Assembly: GCF_036963785.1 (NCBI RefSeq)
Contig: NZ_JBALUS010000008.1
Span: 5,447 to 69,446 of the forward strand
DNA from: Brevundimonas sp.
GTDB taxonomy: Bacteria; Pseudomonadota; Alphaproteobacteria; Caulobacterales; Caulobacteraceae
DNA length: 64,000 nt
Reading direction: 5' to 3'
A program made the translations under genes and the position numbers. Below are positions 37,885 through 47,352 of the stretch, piece after piece. The notes under the pieces are model-generated. The model searched no databases. It was not told the origin of the DNA and was given only the letters and a program-made list of their open reading frames with translations. Each line of letters starts with the position of its first letter. Position 1 is the stretch's first letter.

Positions 37885-39276
37885 ATGAGCGATACGAGCG
37901 CACGGCTGGGCCTGCCCTATCTGGCGGCCGGGCAGATGCAGAAACATGTGACCCTGAACGAGGCCCTGACCCGGCTGGATGGTCTGGTGCAATGCTGCGT
38001 CACCAGCCGCAGTCTGGGGAGCCAGCCGGAGGCGCCCGCGAACGGCGCGCTCTACATCCTGCCGGACGGCGCGGAGGGGGCGGCGTGGTCGCTGCATCCG
38101 GCCGGCAGCCTGATGCGGGCGGAGGGCGGCGGCTGGACCCGCTTGACCGTTCCGGCGGGGCTGGTCTCGGTCATCGTGGACTCGGGCGAGATCGTCGTCT
38201 GGCACAAGGCCGACTGGCTGCCCCTGTCGGCTTTCCTCGACGACCTCCAGAACCTCGAGCGGCTGGGCGTCGGCGCCACGGCGGATGCGGCCAATCCCTT
38301 TCTGGCCAGGCTCAATTCGGCACTGTGGACCGCGCGGGAAACGGGTGACGGTGGCACGGGTGATCTGAGGCTGGTGCTGAACAAGACCGGTCCGTCGGCC
38401 GTGCTGTCACTGATCCTGCAGAGCGGCTGGTCGGGGCGGGCCGAACTGGGGCTGATCGGCGAGGATGCCTTTGGGCTGAAGGTCAGTGCCGACGGCTCGG
38501 CCTGGACCGAGGCGATGAAGGCCGATCCGTCGACGGGCCGGGTCAGATTTCCGCTTGGCGCCACGCGACGCGAGGCCACGCTTTTCACCGGGGAGGGAAG
38601 CTGGTCTCCGCCGGAATGGGCGCGATGGGTCGAGGCCACCGTCTTGGGGGCTGGCGGCGGTGGTGGCGCGGGCGACTGGGGCGCAAGCGGGACCGAAAGA
38701 CCAGGTGGCGGTGGCGGCGGTGGCGGTGGACTCAGCCACGCCGTCTGGGCCGTGGACAGCTTGCCGGGCGCGCTGGACCTGAGCGTGGGGGCGGGCGGTG
38801 CGCCCGGTGCGGACGGCGGTGTCACACGGATCCTGTCGGGCGGCGTGCAGTTGCTGGCGGCCGGAGGTGGTCGGGCGGGAGTGTCCGGGAGTGCCGGGGG
38901 TGAGGCAGGCGTCGCAGGCGACGGCCTGGGGCCAGGCATGACGGGCAGGGGAGGCGCCGGGGGCGGCCTGACCGCAGCGGATGGCGTCTCGGCGGCCGGG
39001 GACGGTGGCGCGGGGTCGATCCTGTTGCGACCCACAGAAGGCGGTGCGGGGGGAAGCGACGCCCCCGGCAGCTCGGGCGGATCTGTCGCCGAGCCGGTTC
39101 ACGGTCCAGCCGGGGGTGGCGGAGGCGGAGGCAGTGCCGCGCTGACCTCCGGCCATGCGGGCGGCGCAGGCGGTCTGTACGGCGCGGGCGGGGGTGGCGG
39201 TGGCGCCGGTGTCACGGCGGGCGGCACGGGCGGGGCCGGCGCCGATGGCCTGATCATCGTGGTGGCGGTCGGATGA
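37885..39276 (+). CDS. DUF2793 tail-fibre-like protein with a Gly-rich C-terminus
   Basis: RLGLPYLAAGQMQKHVTLNEAL..LD.LVQ; G.YI...A.GAW; LGVGATAD..NPF.ARLNSAL. Confidence 0.88.
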   Translation: MSDTSARLGLPYLAAGQMQKHVTLNEALTRLDGLVQCCVTSRSLGSQPEAPANGALYILPDGAEGAAWSLHPAGSLMRAEGGGWTRLTVPAGLVSVIVDSGEIVVWHKADWLPLSAFLDDLQNLERLGVGATADAANPFLARLNSALWTARETGDGGTGDLRLVLNKTGPSAVLSLILQSGWSGRAELGLIGEDAFGLKVSADGSAWTEAMKADPSTGRVRFPLGATRREATLFTGEGSWSPPEWARWVEATVLGAGGGGGAGDWGASGTERPGGGGGGGGGLSHAVWAVDSLPGALDLSVGAGGAPGADGGVTRILSGGVQLLAAGGGRAGVSGSAGGEAGVAGDGLGPGMTGRGGAGGGLTAADGVSAAGDGGAGSILLRPTEGGAGGSDAPGSSGGSVAEPVHGPAGGGGGGGSAALTSGHAGGAGGLYGAGGGGGGAGVTAGGTGGAGADGLIIVVAVG

Positions 39277-39437
39277 GCCGGCGCGTGAACGCCCGGGCGC
39301 CGCAGGATCGGGGCCTGCCCCTGCTGGATGCCGAGATGTGGGAGGCCCCGGCCCACCTGACGCTGGAAGACTGTCTGGACGAGATCGCCGCCGAGTTCGG
39401 GGGGCCGGACCGGCGGGACAGGGAGGACGAGCTTTGA
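39273..39437 (+). CDS. Small acidic hypothetical protein, 54 aa
   Basis: ATGA overlap with the DUF2793 stop; MSRRVNARAPQDRGLPLLDAEMWEAPAHLTLEDCLDEIAAEFGGPDRRDREDEL. Confidence 0.55.
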   Translation: MSRRVNARAPQDRGLPLLDAEMWEAPAHLTLEDCLDEIAAEFGGPDRRDREDEL

Positions 39438-39451
39438 GGGACACTGACCCG

Positions 39452-39709
39452 ATGAACCCACACGATGTGTCGCTGGCCGAAGGACGCTGGCTGTGGCGGC
39501 GACTGTTCGTCTTTATCACCAGTCTGGCGCTGTGGGCGCTGGTGCACCGTGCGGTCGAGCGCGCGCCGGCTGAAGCTCTGCCCGGCATCGTCGAACGTCT
39601 GCTGATGCTGATCGCCCTGATCACCGTGCTGTATCTGGTGGCGCCCACGGCCCAGCAACTGGTGGCGTTGAGCGTCCGTTTCCGGATCGGGGCGGGAGGG
39701 CGGCCATGA
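39452..39709 (+). CDS. Probable holin (two TM segments)
   Basis: 85 aa, two hydrophobic helices, directly upstream of and overlapping the endolysin. Confidence 0.6.
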   Translation: MNPHDVSLAEGRWLWRRLFVFITSLALWALVHRAVERAPAEALPGIVERLLMLIALITVLYLVAPTAQQLVALSVRFRIGAGGRP

Positions 39710-40092
39710 GCTATCGCTTTTCCGCCCGCTCGCGCCGCGCGCTTGAGGGCGTGCATCCGGATCTGGCCGCGGTGGCGGAGGCCGCCCTGGCGCTGTCGCC
39801 GGTCGATTTCATGGTGACCGAGGGCCTTCGGTCTCCGGCGCGGCAGGCCGCGCTGGTCAAGGCGGGGGCCAGTCGCACGCTCAACTCGCGCCATCTGACC
39901 GGGCACGCCGTTGATGTCGCAGCGGTCATCGACGGTCAGGCACGCTGGGACTGGCCCCTGTATCCGCGCATCGCCGCCGCCTTCAAACAGGCCGCGCGCG
40001 AGCGCGGGGTGAAGATCGTCTGGGGCGGCGACTGGCCGCGGCTGCGGGATGGCCCGCATTTCGAACTGGACCGGAAGGCCTATCCGGCATGA
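39706..40092 (+). CDS. M15-family peptidoglycan peptidase (endolysin)
   Basis: EGLRS..RQ; SRHLTGHAVD; WGGDW...DGPHFEL. Confidence 0.9.
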   Translation: MSYRFSARSRRALEGVHPDLAAVAEAALALSPVDFMVTEGLRSPARQAALVKAGASRTLNSRHLTGHAVDVAAVIDGQARWDWPLYPRIAAAFKQAARERGVKIVWGGDWPRLRDGPHFELDRKAYPA

Positions 40093-40499
40093 GGGAACTG
40101 CGATCCTGGACCTGGGTGGCGGGCGGTGTGGTCGCTGCGGTACTGGCGCTGGCGGCGGCCCACGGGTTGGGCCTGCGCTGGGACCCCTTTGACCTGCAGG
40201 GACGCAGGCTGGAGGCGGCCCGGTCCCGGGTAGCCCTGGCTGAGGCCGACGCCCACGCCCGTCGGGCCGAGCGGGACGGGGATCACACCGTCAGCCGCGA
40301 AGCCGCAGTCGTCCGTGACACCGAACTCGAGGTCGGGCGGGTGACCGCCACGGCCATCCAGCAAGCAAGAGAGGCCGATGATGCCGATACGCCGCTGGCG
40401 CCCGATCGGGTGCGCCGCCTTGATGATCATGACCGCGAGCTGTGCCGGCATGCGCCCGCCCTCTGCGCCGGAGCCGGTACGGCTGACCCTGCCGGTTGA
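40089..40499 (+). CDS. Rz-like inner-membrane spanin
   Basis: N-terminal TM segment plus coiled coil; follows the endolysin with an ATGA overlap. Confidence 0.65.
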   Translation: MRELRSWTWVAGGVVAAVLALAAAHGLGLRWDPFDLQGRRLEAARSRVALAEADAHARRAERDGDHTVSREAAVVRDTELEVGRVTATAIQQAREADDADTPLAPDRVRRLDDHDRELCRHAPALCAGAGTADPAG

Positions 40500-40692
40500 G
40501 GCGACGCGCCCGTGCCGGCTGGCGACGCTCGGCCCGTCGCCCACGATCGTGGATCTGGAAACCGCCTATATGGCGCGCGGGGAGGCGCTGGTGGCCTGTG
40601 ATGCAGCCCGTCGCCTGGCGGTGGCCACCCTGATGGCCGAGCGGGCTGCGCAGGCCATGGCCGCGAGGGCAAACCGGCAGAATTTGCCGTGA
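40378..40692 (+). CDS. Rz1-like outer-membrane spanin lipoprotein
   Basis: +1 frame, overlapping the Rz-like gene by 122 nt; lipobox-like MTAS-C; Pro-rich; L..CDA..R.. Confidence 0.65.
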   Translation: MMPIRRWRPIGCAALMIMTASCAGMRPPSAPEPVRLTLPVEATRPCRLATLGPSPTIVDLETAYMARGEALVACDAARRLAVATLMAERAAQAMAARANRQNLP

Positions 40693-40740
40693 ACCCGGCA
40701 GATTTTGCCGTTTTCGCTTGGCGCCCGGCAGAACCTGCCG
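40675..40740. promoter_or_regulatory. Three tandem ftr (FlbD) enhancers
   Basis: CGGCAGAATTTGCCG (40675), CGGCAGATTTTGCCG (40696), CGGCAGAACCTGCCG (40726). Confidence 0.75.
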
Positions 40741-40813
40741 GGCCAAAGGCGTGGTTAAGGCAACCTAACGCATAAAAAACAAGGACTTGAGTTTTGGCCC
40801 GCAAATGCGGCGG

Positions 40814-40829
40814 TGGCGCTGGTCTTGCT
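40814..40829 (+). promoter_or_regulatory. Sigma-54 promoter of flagellin
   Basis: TGGCGCTGGTCTTGCT = GG-N10-GC; IHF-like AAACAAGGACTTG upstream. Confidence 0.85.
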
Positions 40830-40901
40830 TGTCAGTGAACCGAGCAAAATGCTCCCGGCAGCCAAAACGGCGTCGGACACCTTGAAATAAGGACTATCGG
40901 T

Positions 40902-41735
40902 ATGCCGCTGAATAGCGTCAACACGAACACGGGCGCCATGATCGCCCTGCAGAACCTGCAATCCACCAATAACGAACTCTCCGTCGTCCAGTCGCGGATC
41001 AACACCGGCAAGAAGGTGTCGAACGCCAAGGACAACGGCGCCATCTGGGCTATCGCCCAGGGCCAGCGTTCGGAAATCGGTGCCCTGAACGCCGTCAAGG
41101 ACAGCCTGCAACGCGGCCAATCGGCCGTGGACGTCGGTATCGCTGCCGGCGAGTCGGTCTCCGAGCTGCTGATCCAGCTGAAGGAAAAGGCCCTGGCGGC
41201 CAGCGACACCTCGCTGACCACCTCGGCCCGCAAGGCCCTGAACGAGGACTTCAAGTCGATCCGTGACCAGGTCACGACCGTCGTCGCGAATGCCAAGTTC
41301 AACGGCGTCAACCTGCTGGACAACTCGACCGGCACCGCCGGCTTCAAGGCCCTGTCGAACGCCACGGGATCGACCATCAAGGTGGCGGGTGAAAACCTGT
41401 CGCTGGGTGGCACGAACGTGACCCTGGCCGCCACGGCGACCATCGGCACCGCCACTCTGGCCAACACCGCCCTGGCGACGATCAACACCTCGATCGACAA
41501 CGTCTCGTCGGCCCTGGCCCGCCTGGGCACGGGCGCCAACTCCCTCAGCACTCACCTCAAGTTCGTGAGCAAGCTGCAGGACAGCCTGGAAACCGGCGTG
41601 GGCAACCTGGTCGATGCCGACCTGGCCAAGGAAAGCGCCCGACTGCAAGCGCTGCAAACCAAGCAACAGCTGGGTGTGCAGGCTCTGTCGATCGCCAACT
41701 CCTCGACCTCCATCCTGCTCGGACTGTTCCGCTAA
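40902..41735 (+). CDS. Flagellin (Caulobacter Flj type)
   Basis: [15 protein letters not shown]; [20 protein letters not shown]. Confidence 0.97.
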   Translation: MPLNSVNTNTGAMIALQNLQSTNNELSVVQSRINTGKKVSNAKDNGAIWAIAQGQRSEIGALNAVKDSLQRGQSAVDVGIAAGESVSELLIQLKEKALAASDTSLTTSARKALNEDFKSIRDQVTTVVANAKFNGVNLLDNSTGTAGFKALSNATGSTIKVAGENLSLGGTNVTLAATATIGTATLANTALATINTSIDNVSSALARLGTGANSLSTHLKFVSKLQDSLETGVGNLVDADLAKESARLQALQTKQQLGVQALSIANSSTSILLGLFR

Positions 41736-41827
41736 GGAGCGATCTCAGGGGCGGGGGCGTTCGCGCCTCCGCCCCGTCGTCCGAGCCTTGAACCGAGGAC
41801 GTCGGCTCAGTCCCGACGCAGGGAGAC

Positions 41828-42109
41828 ATGGAAACACATGCGAAGATAGGACCCGTTACCGCTGTCGTTGCCCCCGCAGGTTCTGCCGCCGGGGGCGATT
41901 TCAACCAGTCCCGTGCCTCCCAGGAGGCAGACCGGGCAGCCCGCTACAAACTGGTCATCGAGCAAGGCGCCCGCCAAGGCGTCTTTATCTACAAGGTGCT
42001 CGACCGTGAGACCGGCGAAGTGGTGCGTCAGTTGCCCCGGGAAGAGGTGGTCCGGTTGAAGGATCAGAATGGCTATGCGGCCGGAGCGGTGATCAGCACC
42101 ACCGTCTGA
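41828..42109 (+). CDS. flaG: FlaG-like protein
   Basis: YKVLDRETGEVVRQLPREEV. Confidence 0.75.
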   Translation: METHAKIGPVTAVVAPAGSAAGGDFNQSRASQEADRAARYKLVIEQGARQGVFIYKVLDRETGEVVRQLPREEVVRLKDQNGYAAGAVISTTV

Positions 42110-42243
42110 AGGGTCAGCAGTTCAGTCATCAGGCCACGCAGGGGGTGCCCCGCGTGGTTAAACGTCGTGGTTATCGCGCGTTAACCATGTGCAAATGAAA
42201 TCATCCCTAGCCTGTCGTCACATCAGCGAGAGGCCCGATTCGG

Positions 42244-43077
42244 ATGACGAACAGCGTCCACACCAATACTTCAGCGGCGATCGCCCTGCAGAACCTGACC
42301 ACGACCAACAACAGGTTGAGCGATGTCCAGGGCCGGATCAGCACCGGGCTGAAGGTCCAGGGCGCCAAGGACAATGCCGCCATCTGGGCCATCGCCCAGG
42401 GGCAGCGCGCTGACATCGGTGCTCTCTCGGCCGTCAAGCAGAGCCTGGACCGCGCGACCTCGATCGCGGATGTCGCCCTCTCGGCCGGCGAGTCGGTCTC
42501 GGACCTGCTGAATCAGCTCAAGGAAAAGGTGGTTGCGGCCAAGGATGAGTCGCTCGGCACCCAGTCCCGCAAGCTGCTGGACGCGGACTTCAAGGCGCTG
42601 CTGCGCGCGCTCCAGTCGTCGGTTCAGAACGCCAGCTTCGACGGCGGCAACATCCTGAACGGCAGCCTGACGAACGGCATCAAATTCCTCGCCAATGCCG
42701 ATGCAAGCTCGTCGATCACCCTGTCCAGCAAGGATCTGAGCCTGAGCGGCTCGATCATCAGCCTGTCGCTGTCGGATTCCCTCCTGACCCTGACCGGGGC
42801 GACCAACGCCCTGTCGGCGCTGGACAGCTCGATCACAGCGCTGAACTCGGCGCTGGGTGAGATCGGGGCGCAGGCCAAGCAGATCGAGGCGCACAACATC
42901 TTTGTGACCAAGCTGGTCGATACGCTGGAATCCGGTGTCGGCAATCTGGTCGATGCCGATCTGGCCAAGGAAAGCGCCCGGCTTCAGGCCCTGCAGGTCC
43001 AGCAGCAACTGGGTGCCCAGGCGCTGTCGATTGCCAACCAGGCGCCCCAGGTCATCCTGTCGCTGTTCCGCAGCTAG
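42244..43077 (+). CDS. Flagellin, second and more divergent copy
   Basis: SVHTNTSAAIALQNL; [20 protein letters not shown]. Confidence 0.96.
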   Translation: MTNSVHTNTSAAIALQNLTTTNNRLSDVQGRISTGLKVQGAKDNAAIWAIAQGQRADIGALSAVKQSLDRATSIADVALSAGESVSDLLNQLKEKVVAAKDESLGTQSRKLLDADFKALLRALQSSVQNASFDGGNILNGSLTNGIKFLANADASSSITLSSKDLSLSGSIISLSLSDSLLTLTGATNALSALDSSITALNSALGEIGAQAKQIEAHNIFVTKLVDTLESGVGNLVDADLAKESARLQALQVQQQLGAQALSIANQAPQVILSLFRS

Positions 43078-43345
43078 GGCAGTCTGTCCCGCTGAAGGCG
43101 CCCGTCAGGGCAGGCCGGCGCGCCCGATCGAGATCGGGGCCGGCCGGCTCCGGCGCTCGGTTCGGCTGGCGAAGCCGTACAGGGACAGGAAGGAATACAG
43201 CAGCCTACTCAACGCAACCATGGACCTAAGCTCCATCGGGCCGTTTCAGCGAACGTGTCATTAACCCCTATGGCGATTCGCGGTTCCGTGGACGGACGTT
43301 AACGCTTCATTGCGACGCAGCCGTCAGGATGGCGGGGAGCGCGCC

Positions 43346-46069
43346 ATGATCGACAACAGCTATCTTCTCGGCCTGTTTGGAGGCACATCGACCTTCTCCT
43401 CCGGGGGACTGTCAGGCACGTCTTCGCTCGCCACAAAAAAGGCCCAGCCGACACCGCCGTGGTCCTCCAGTGCGGTGGTCCCCGAGCAGGAGGCGCTGGT
43501 GCGCTCCGCTCTCGGCGGCCGGCGTCTGATCAACGAGGACGCAGCCAAGCTGGATGTCGCATCGGCGTCCGACGATTATCGCCGCCTGTTCGCCCTCTAC
43601 CAGGGGCTGGAAAGCCTGAATGCCCTGGCCAACCGGGCCGGGGTCAAGGGCGTCAGCAGCACGGAGTTGTCCCTGATCACCAAGCGGTTCGATCAGGGAC
43701 TCAAGGAAATCACCAGCTACGTCGCCTCGGCGCCGCTCAACGATGTGCGGTTGGTCGCCGGCGTGACGGAGTCGATCAGCAAGACCAGCGCCGGTGTGCG
43801 CCGGGACTCGGCCATCTCGATCACCTCGCCGATCCATGAAGGCGACATCGCCAGCCCGGTGACGGCGTTCGAGGGTGACGTGGTCTTCGACATCAACGTC
43901 AAACGGTTGAACGAAACCCATACGGTTCGCATCGACCTGTCCGAGATGGGCGGGGCAGCGCGCACCCTGGGCTCCGTAACCGCCCACATCAACGACAAGC
44001 TTCAGGCCGCAGGGCTTGAGACGCGGATCGGCCGCGAGCGCCAGGCGGCGGAGGTGCGCACCCTGCAGGTCGGCGGTCGCACCGTGACCTTGCCGGCAGG
44101 CCCGGACCTGTGGTCGCTGGCCATCCGCGGCGTGTCGACCGAGGCTGTGTCCTTCTCGGCGCCGGCCCCTTCGGACGCCGTCTATGTGGTTCAGGGGACG
44201 GGCACGGCCGGCGCGCACGAGGTGCTGAAGTTTCAGGCCGATACCGCGACCGCCGCGACCGCCGCCAGCGCCCGCGTGGGCGAGACCCAATGGGTTGACG
44301 GACGCGTGTCCCAGACCCCGCTGCCCGAAGGCATCAAGACCGTCCGGGCCAGCGCAACCGGGCCGGACGGCGCCCTGTGGCTGGTGGCCGACATGGAGGA
44401 AGGCCCGGGCAATCTGCCGATCAAGGGCCAGTCCGACGTCGCCCTGATCAAGCTGGATTCTGCGGGCCGCGTAGTCAGCACCCGGGCGCTCGGGGCCGCC
44501 GATCAGGCTTCCGGATATGCGTTGGCAGTCGATGATGCGGGACGGGTCGCCGTCGCCGGCTCGGTCACGGGGGCCCTGATCCCCGGCAAGAGCGGCGATG
44601 TGGCCGGCGAGGTCGACAGCTTCGTCACCCTCTACGACGGCGACGGCGAGGAACTGTGGACCCAGCGGCGGGGCGCCCGCGCGGCGGACGAAGCCACGGG
44701 TGTAGCCTTCGGACCCGGCGGCCAGGTGATCGTCACAGGCCGTGCGAGATCGGCCATGCCGGGCGCCGCCGGGGTCGGTGGCTGGGACTCCTATGTTCAG
44801 ACCATCACCAGCAGCCAGCCCTATCCGACGGCGGCCTGGGACGCGAAGATCGACGGGACGCTCCAGTTCGGCACCACGGGCGATGATGCCGTGCAGGCGA
44901 CGGCCGTCAGCGGCGACAGCCTCTATACCGCCGGGGAAGAGGACGGCCGCCTGGTCGTGCGCCGCTTCCAGCTGACCGCAGGGGGCGAGCCGCAACTGCT
45001 GTCGACGCGCGACCTCGGCGCCATGAATGGCGAGGTCAAGGGACTGGAGATCGATCAGGGCCAGGTGATCGTCGCCGGAGTGACCCGCAACGCGACGCTG
45101 GACGTCGGCACCGTCAATCAGGCCCACAACGGCGGGCTGGATGCCTTCGTCGCGGTCCTGTCCGGGGATCTGACGGCCTCCGGGGCCGAGCGCCTGACCT
45201 ATATCGGCACCGAGAACGAGGATGCGGTCTCGCACGTCAAACTGCTGGACGGCAAGCTGTGGATGACGGGAACGTCGGCCCGCTCGGTGTCGGCCGAGGA
45301 TGACGACCCCGTGCAGGGCTATCTCAGCCGGGTCGACCCCCTGACCGGCACGGTCGAGTGGAGCCGCAGCTGGGCCGGCCAGAACGAACAGGCCGCCCCG
45401 CTGACCCTGGCGGTCGCCAGCGGCGGCAGCAGTGTGCTGGACCGGCTGGGCCTTCCGTCCGGAGAGATCGTCCAGAGCGAGTCGAAGAAGCTGGTCGATG
45501 CCACCGCGCTGCGTGTGGGCGACCGGTTCTCGGTCGTGCCGGCCTCGGGCGGACGGTCGGTCGCGGTGACCATTGATGCCCGCGATACCCTGCAGACCCT
45601 GGCCCGGAAGATCGAGATTGCGTCCGGATCCCGCCTCAAAGTCACCGTCGCCTCCGAGAGCGCCACGGCCGAGAATGCCCGCGAGGGGCTGAATTCAGTG
45701 CTGGCCGGGGTGCAGCGCCTGTCGATCATGGCGCGCGACGGGCGCGAGGGCGCGGTCCTGGTGTCCGGCGAACCGGGGCGGGATGCGCTGGCCGGGCTGG
45801 GCCTTTCCGCGGGCTTCATCGGACCGACGGCCACCGAGGATGGGCCCCGGACCTTCGGGCTGGACCTGCCGCAGGCGCTGAGCCTGTTGACCAAGGACGC
45901 CCGCACCGCGTCGGGCGAGCGCCTGCAGGCCGCCATGAAGTCGGTCCGGGACGCGTACCGGTCGCTGGCGCCGGCACCGGCCAGCAGCGCGACCTCGGGG
46001 GCGGTTCCAGCCTATCTGACGGCACAGCTGGCAAACTACCAGGCGGCGCTGGCGCGTCTGGGCGGCTGA
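43346..46069 (+). CDS. FlaEY-like large flagellar-locus protein with beta-propeller-like repeats
   Basis: MIDNSYLLGLF start; repeated G.....D...G..V...G.V motifs; downstream of the flagellins as in Caulobacter. Confidence 0.7.
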   Translation: MIDNSYLLGLFGGTSTFSSGGLSGTSSLATKKAQPTPPWSSSAVVPEQEALVRSALGGRRLINEDAAKLDVASASDDYRRLFALYQGLESLNALANRAGVKGVSSTELSLITKRFDQGLKEITSYVASAPLNDVRLVAGVTESISKTSAGVRRDSAISITSPIHEGDIASPVTAFEGDVVFDINVKRLNETHTVRIDLSEMGGAARTLGSVTAHINDKLQAAGLETRIGRERQAAEVRTLQVGGRTVTLPAGPDLWSLAIRGVSTEAVSFSAPAPSDAVYVVQGTGTAGAHEVLKFQADTATAATAASARVGETQWVDGRVSQTPLPEGIKTVRASATGPDGALWLVADMEEGPGNLPIKGQSDVALIKLDSAGRVVSTRALGAADQASGYALAVDDAGRVAVAGSVTGALIPGKSGDVAGEVDSFVTLYDGDGEELWTQRRGARAADEATGVAFGPGGQVIVTGRARSAMPGAAGVGGWDSYVQTITSSQPYPTAAWDAKIDGTLQFGTTGDDAVQATAVSGDSLYTAGEEDGRLVVRRFQLTAGGEPQLLSTRDLGAMNGEVKGLEIDQGQVIVAGVTRNATLDVGTVNQAHNGGLDAFVAVLSGDLTASGAERLTYIGTENEDAVSHVKLLDGKLWMTGTSARSVSAEDDDPVQGYLSRVDPLTGTVEWSRSWAGQNEQAAPLTLAVASGGSSVLDRLGLPSGEIVQSESKKLVDATALRVGDRFSVVPASGGRSVAVTIDARDTLQTLARKIEIASGSRLKVTVASESATAENAREGLNSVLAGVQRLSIMARDGREGAVLVSGEPGRDALAGLGLSAGFIGPTATEDGPRTFGLDLPQALSLLTKDARTASGERLQAAMKSVRDAYRSLAPAPASSATSGAVPAYLTAQLANYQAALARLGG

Positions 46070-46156
46070 GGGCCGGATCGGGCCAAAGGCGGTTGACGCC
46101 ACGGGGGCGGTCGGGGTTATTGGTCGCCTTCGCAAGTTCCTGTCGAGCCCCGCCGC

Positions 46157-46822
46157 ATGGCCACCCCTCCTGATAACCGTATCATCCTGGCGATCGGTGC
46201 CGGTCTGGCCGTGATCATGGCCATTGTGCTGGCGCTGATCTTCACGCGCGGCGGGGGTGACGAGGCGCCGGAAGGTCCCCGGGGCAACCTTCAGGTCGAT
46301 GTGGCCGAGCCGCAATCGCTGCAACCCACGCGTGAGCTGCGCTGCTTTGTCGAGGGACAGTTCGTGGGCATGCTGACGCTGGACCAGTGCGCCCAGCGGA
46401 ATGGTCTGGCGACCGAGGCCCTGGACGTGGGTCTGGACGAAACGGGCGCGCTGGTCGCGGCCCCGACTGCGTCGCTGGCGCCGCCGCCGACCCTGCCCCC
46501 TATCGAGGTCGAGGACGTTCCCCCGATCGTGGAGACGCCGGTCGAACGCGCCGAGGTCCCGTCCGGCCCGGTCGCGGCCTGTCTGCGCCACACGGGATCG
46601 GACTGGCGCTCGCTGTCCAGTTCCCTGGGTCGGGAGGCCTGTGTCCAGCTTCTGTATTCCGGCACCTGCGTGCGGCCCGGCGAGGCGCGCTACGGGCGGT
46701 GGGGTGACCTGACCCTGCGGCTTGTGCCCGGACGGGTGGAGCAGTCTTCGGACAACTCGAACTTCCGCACCTTGGCCGAGCAGGATCGCCGCACCTGCAC
46801 CTTCCCGGAGATGGGCGGATGA
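46157..46822 (+). CDS. Membrane-anchored hypothetical protein with four Cys
   Basis: N-terminal TM segment; TTGACG promoter upstream. Confidence 0.7.
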   Translation: MATPPDNRIILAIGAGLAVIMAIVLALIFTRGGGDEAPEGPRGNLQVDVAEPQSLQPTRELRCFVEGQFVGMLTLDQCAQRNGLATEALDVGLDETGALVAAPTASLAPPPTLPPIEVEDVPPIVETPVERAEVPSGPVAACLRHTGSDWRSLSSSLGREACVQLLYSGTCVRPGEARYGRWGDLTLRLVPGRVEQSSDNSNFRTLAEQDRRTCTFPEMGG

Positions 46823-47262
46823 GAGCAGTCCTTGCGGCGATGACCCTGGGCGCGGCGACGGTCGGTCTGGTGGCCTGCACCAATCAGTTTGAGGCGCCGT
46901 ATGACCCGGGGGTCTGCTACTATGTCGTGCCCGGCGAGACCGAGGGCGAGGATCCCAAGCTGAATGTCGTGGCGCGCGACCAGCCGCAGATTGAACTGTG
47001 CGCCGCGCGTCTCGAGGAGATGCGTGTCCGGTTCCTGCGCATGGGCGGCTCGAACCGCGAGATCATCGGGGCCTATCAGGGGCAGTTCATCTTCATCGAC
47101 CGCCAGGGCGTCAAATTCGGCAAGACCCTGACCGGGGCGCGCTTCTTCGCCCTGGCGCGGACCGGCGACGGGCGGCTGGCCGTTCCGGGCGCCATTGTGC
47201 GCGATGAGGAAGGTCGACCCGTGGCGGTGGCCGAAAATCCGCCGACGGCGCCCGCGCAATAA
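46819..47262 (+). CDS. Lipoprotein, hypothetical
   Basis: Lipobox LVAC; ATGA overlap with the previous gene. Confidence 0.75.
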   Translation: MRAVLAAMTLGAATVGLVACTNQFEAPYDPGVCYYVVPGETEGEDPKLNVVARDQPQIELCAARLEEMRVRFLRMGGSNREIIGAYQGQFIFIDRQGVKFGKTLTGARFFALARTGDGRLAVPGAIVRDEEGRPVAVAENPPTAPAQ

Positions 47263-47298
47263 TCCCGCGTGGCTTGACGCCGGACACCCGTTGGTCGA

Positions 47299-47313
47299 GA
47301 ACATTAACAGAAC
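47299..47313 (+). promoter_or_regulatory. Alphaproteobacterial LexA (SOS) box
   Basis: GAAC-ATTAACA-GAAC = GAAC-N7-GAAC upstream of ssb. Confidence 0.85.
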
Positions 47314-47352
47314 AAATGGCCCGCAAGAGGGTCTGAGAAACGGAGTTGGAAG

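Noticed and set aside
37885-39276. DUF2793 protein as ribonuclease III
   Set aside because: No RNase III signature or dsRBD; the lysis-cassette context supports a fibre protein
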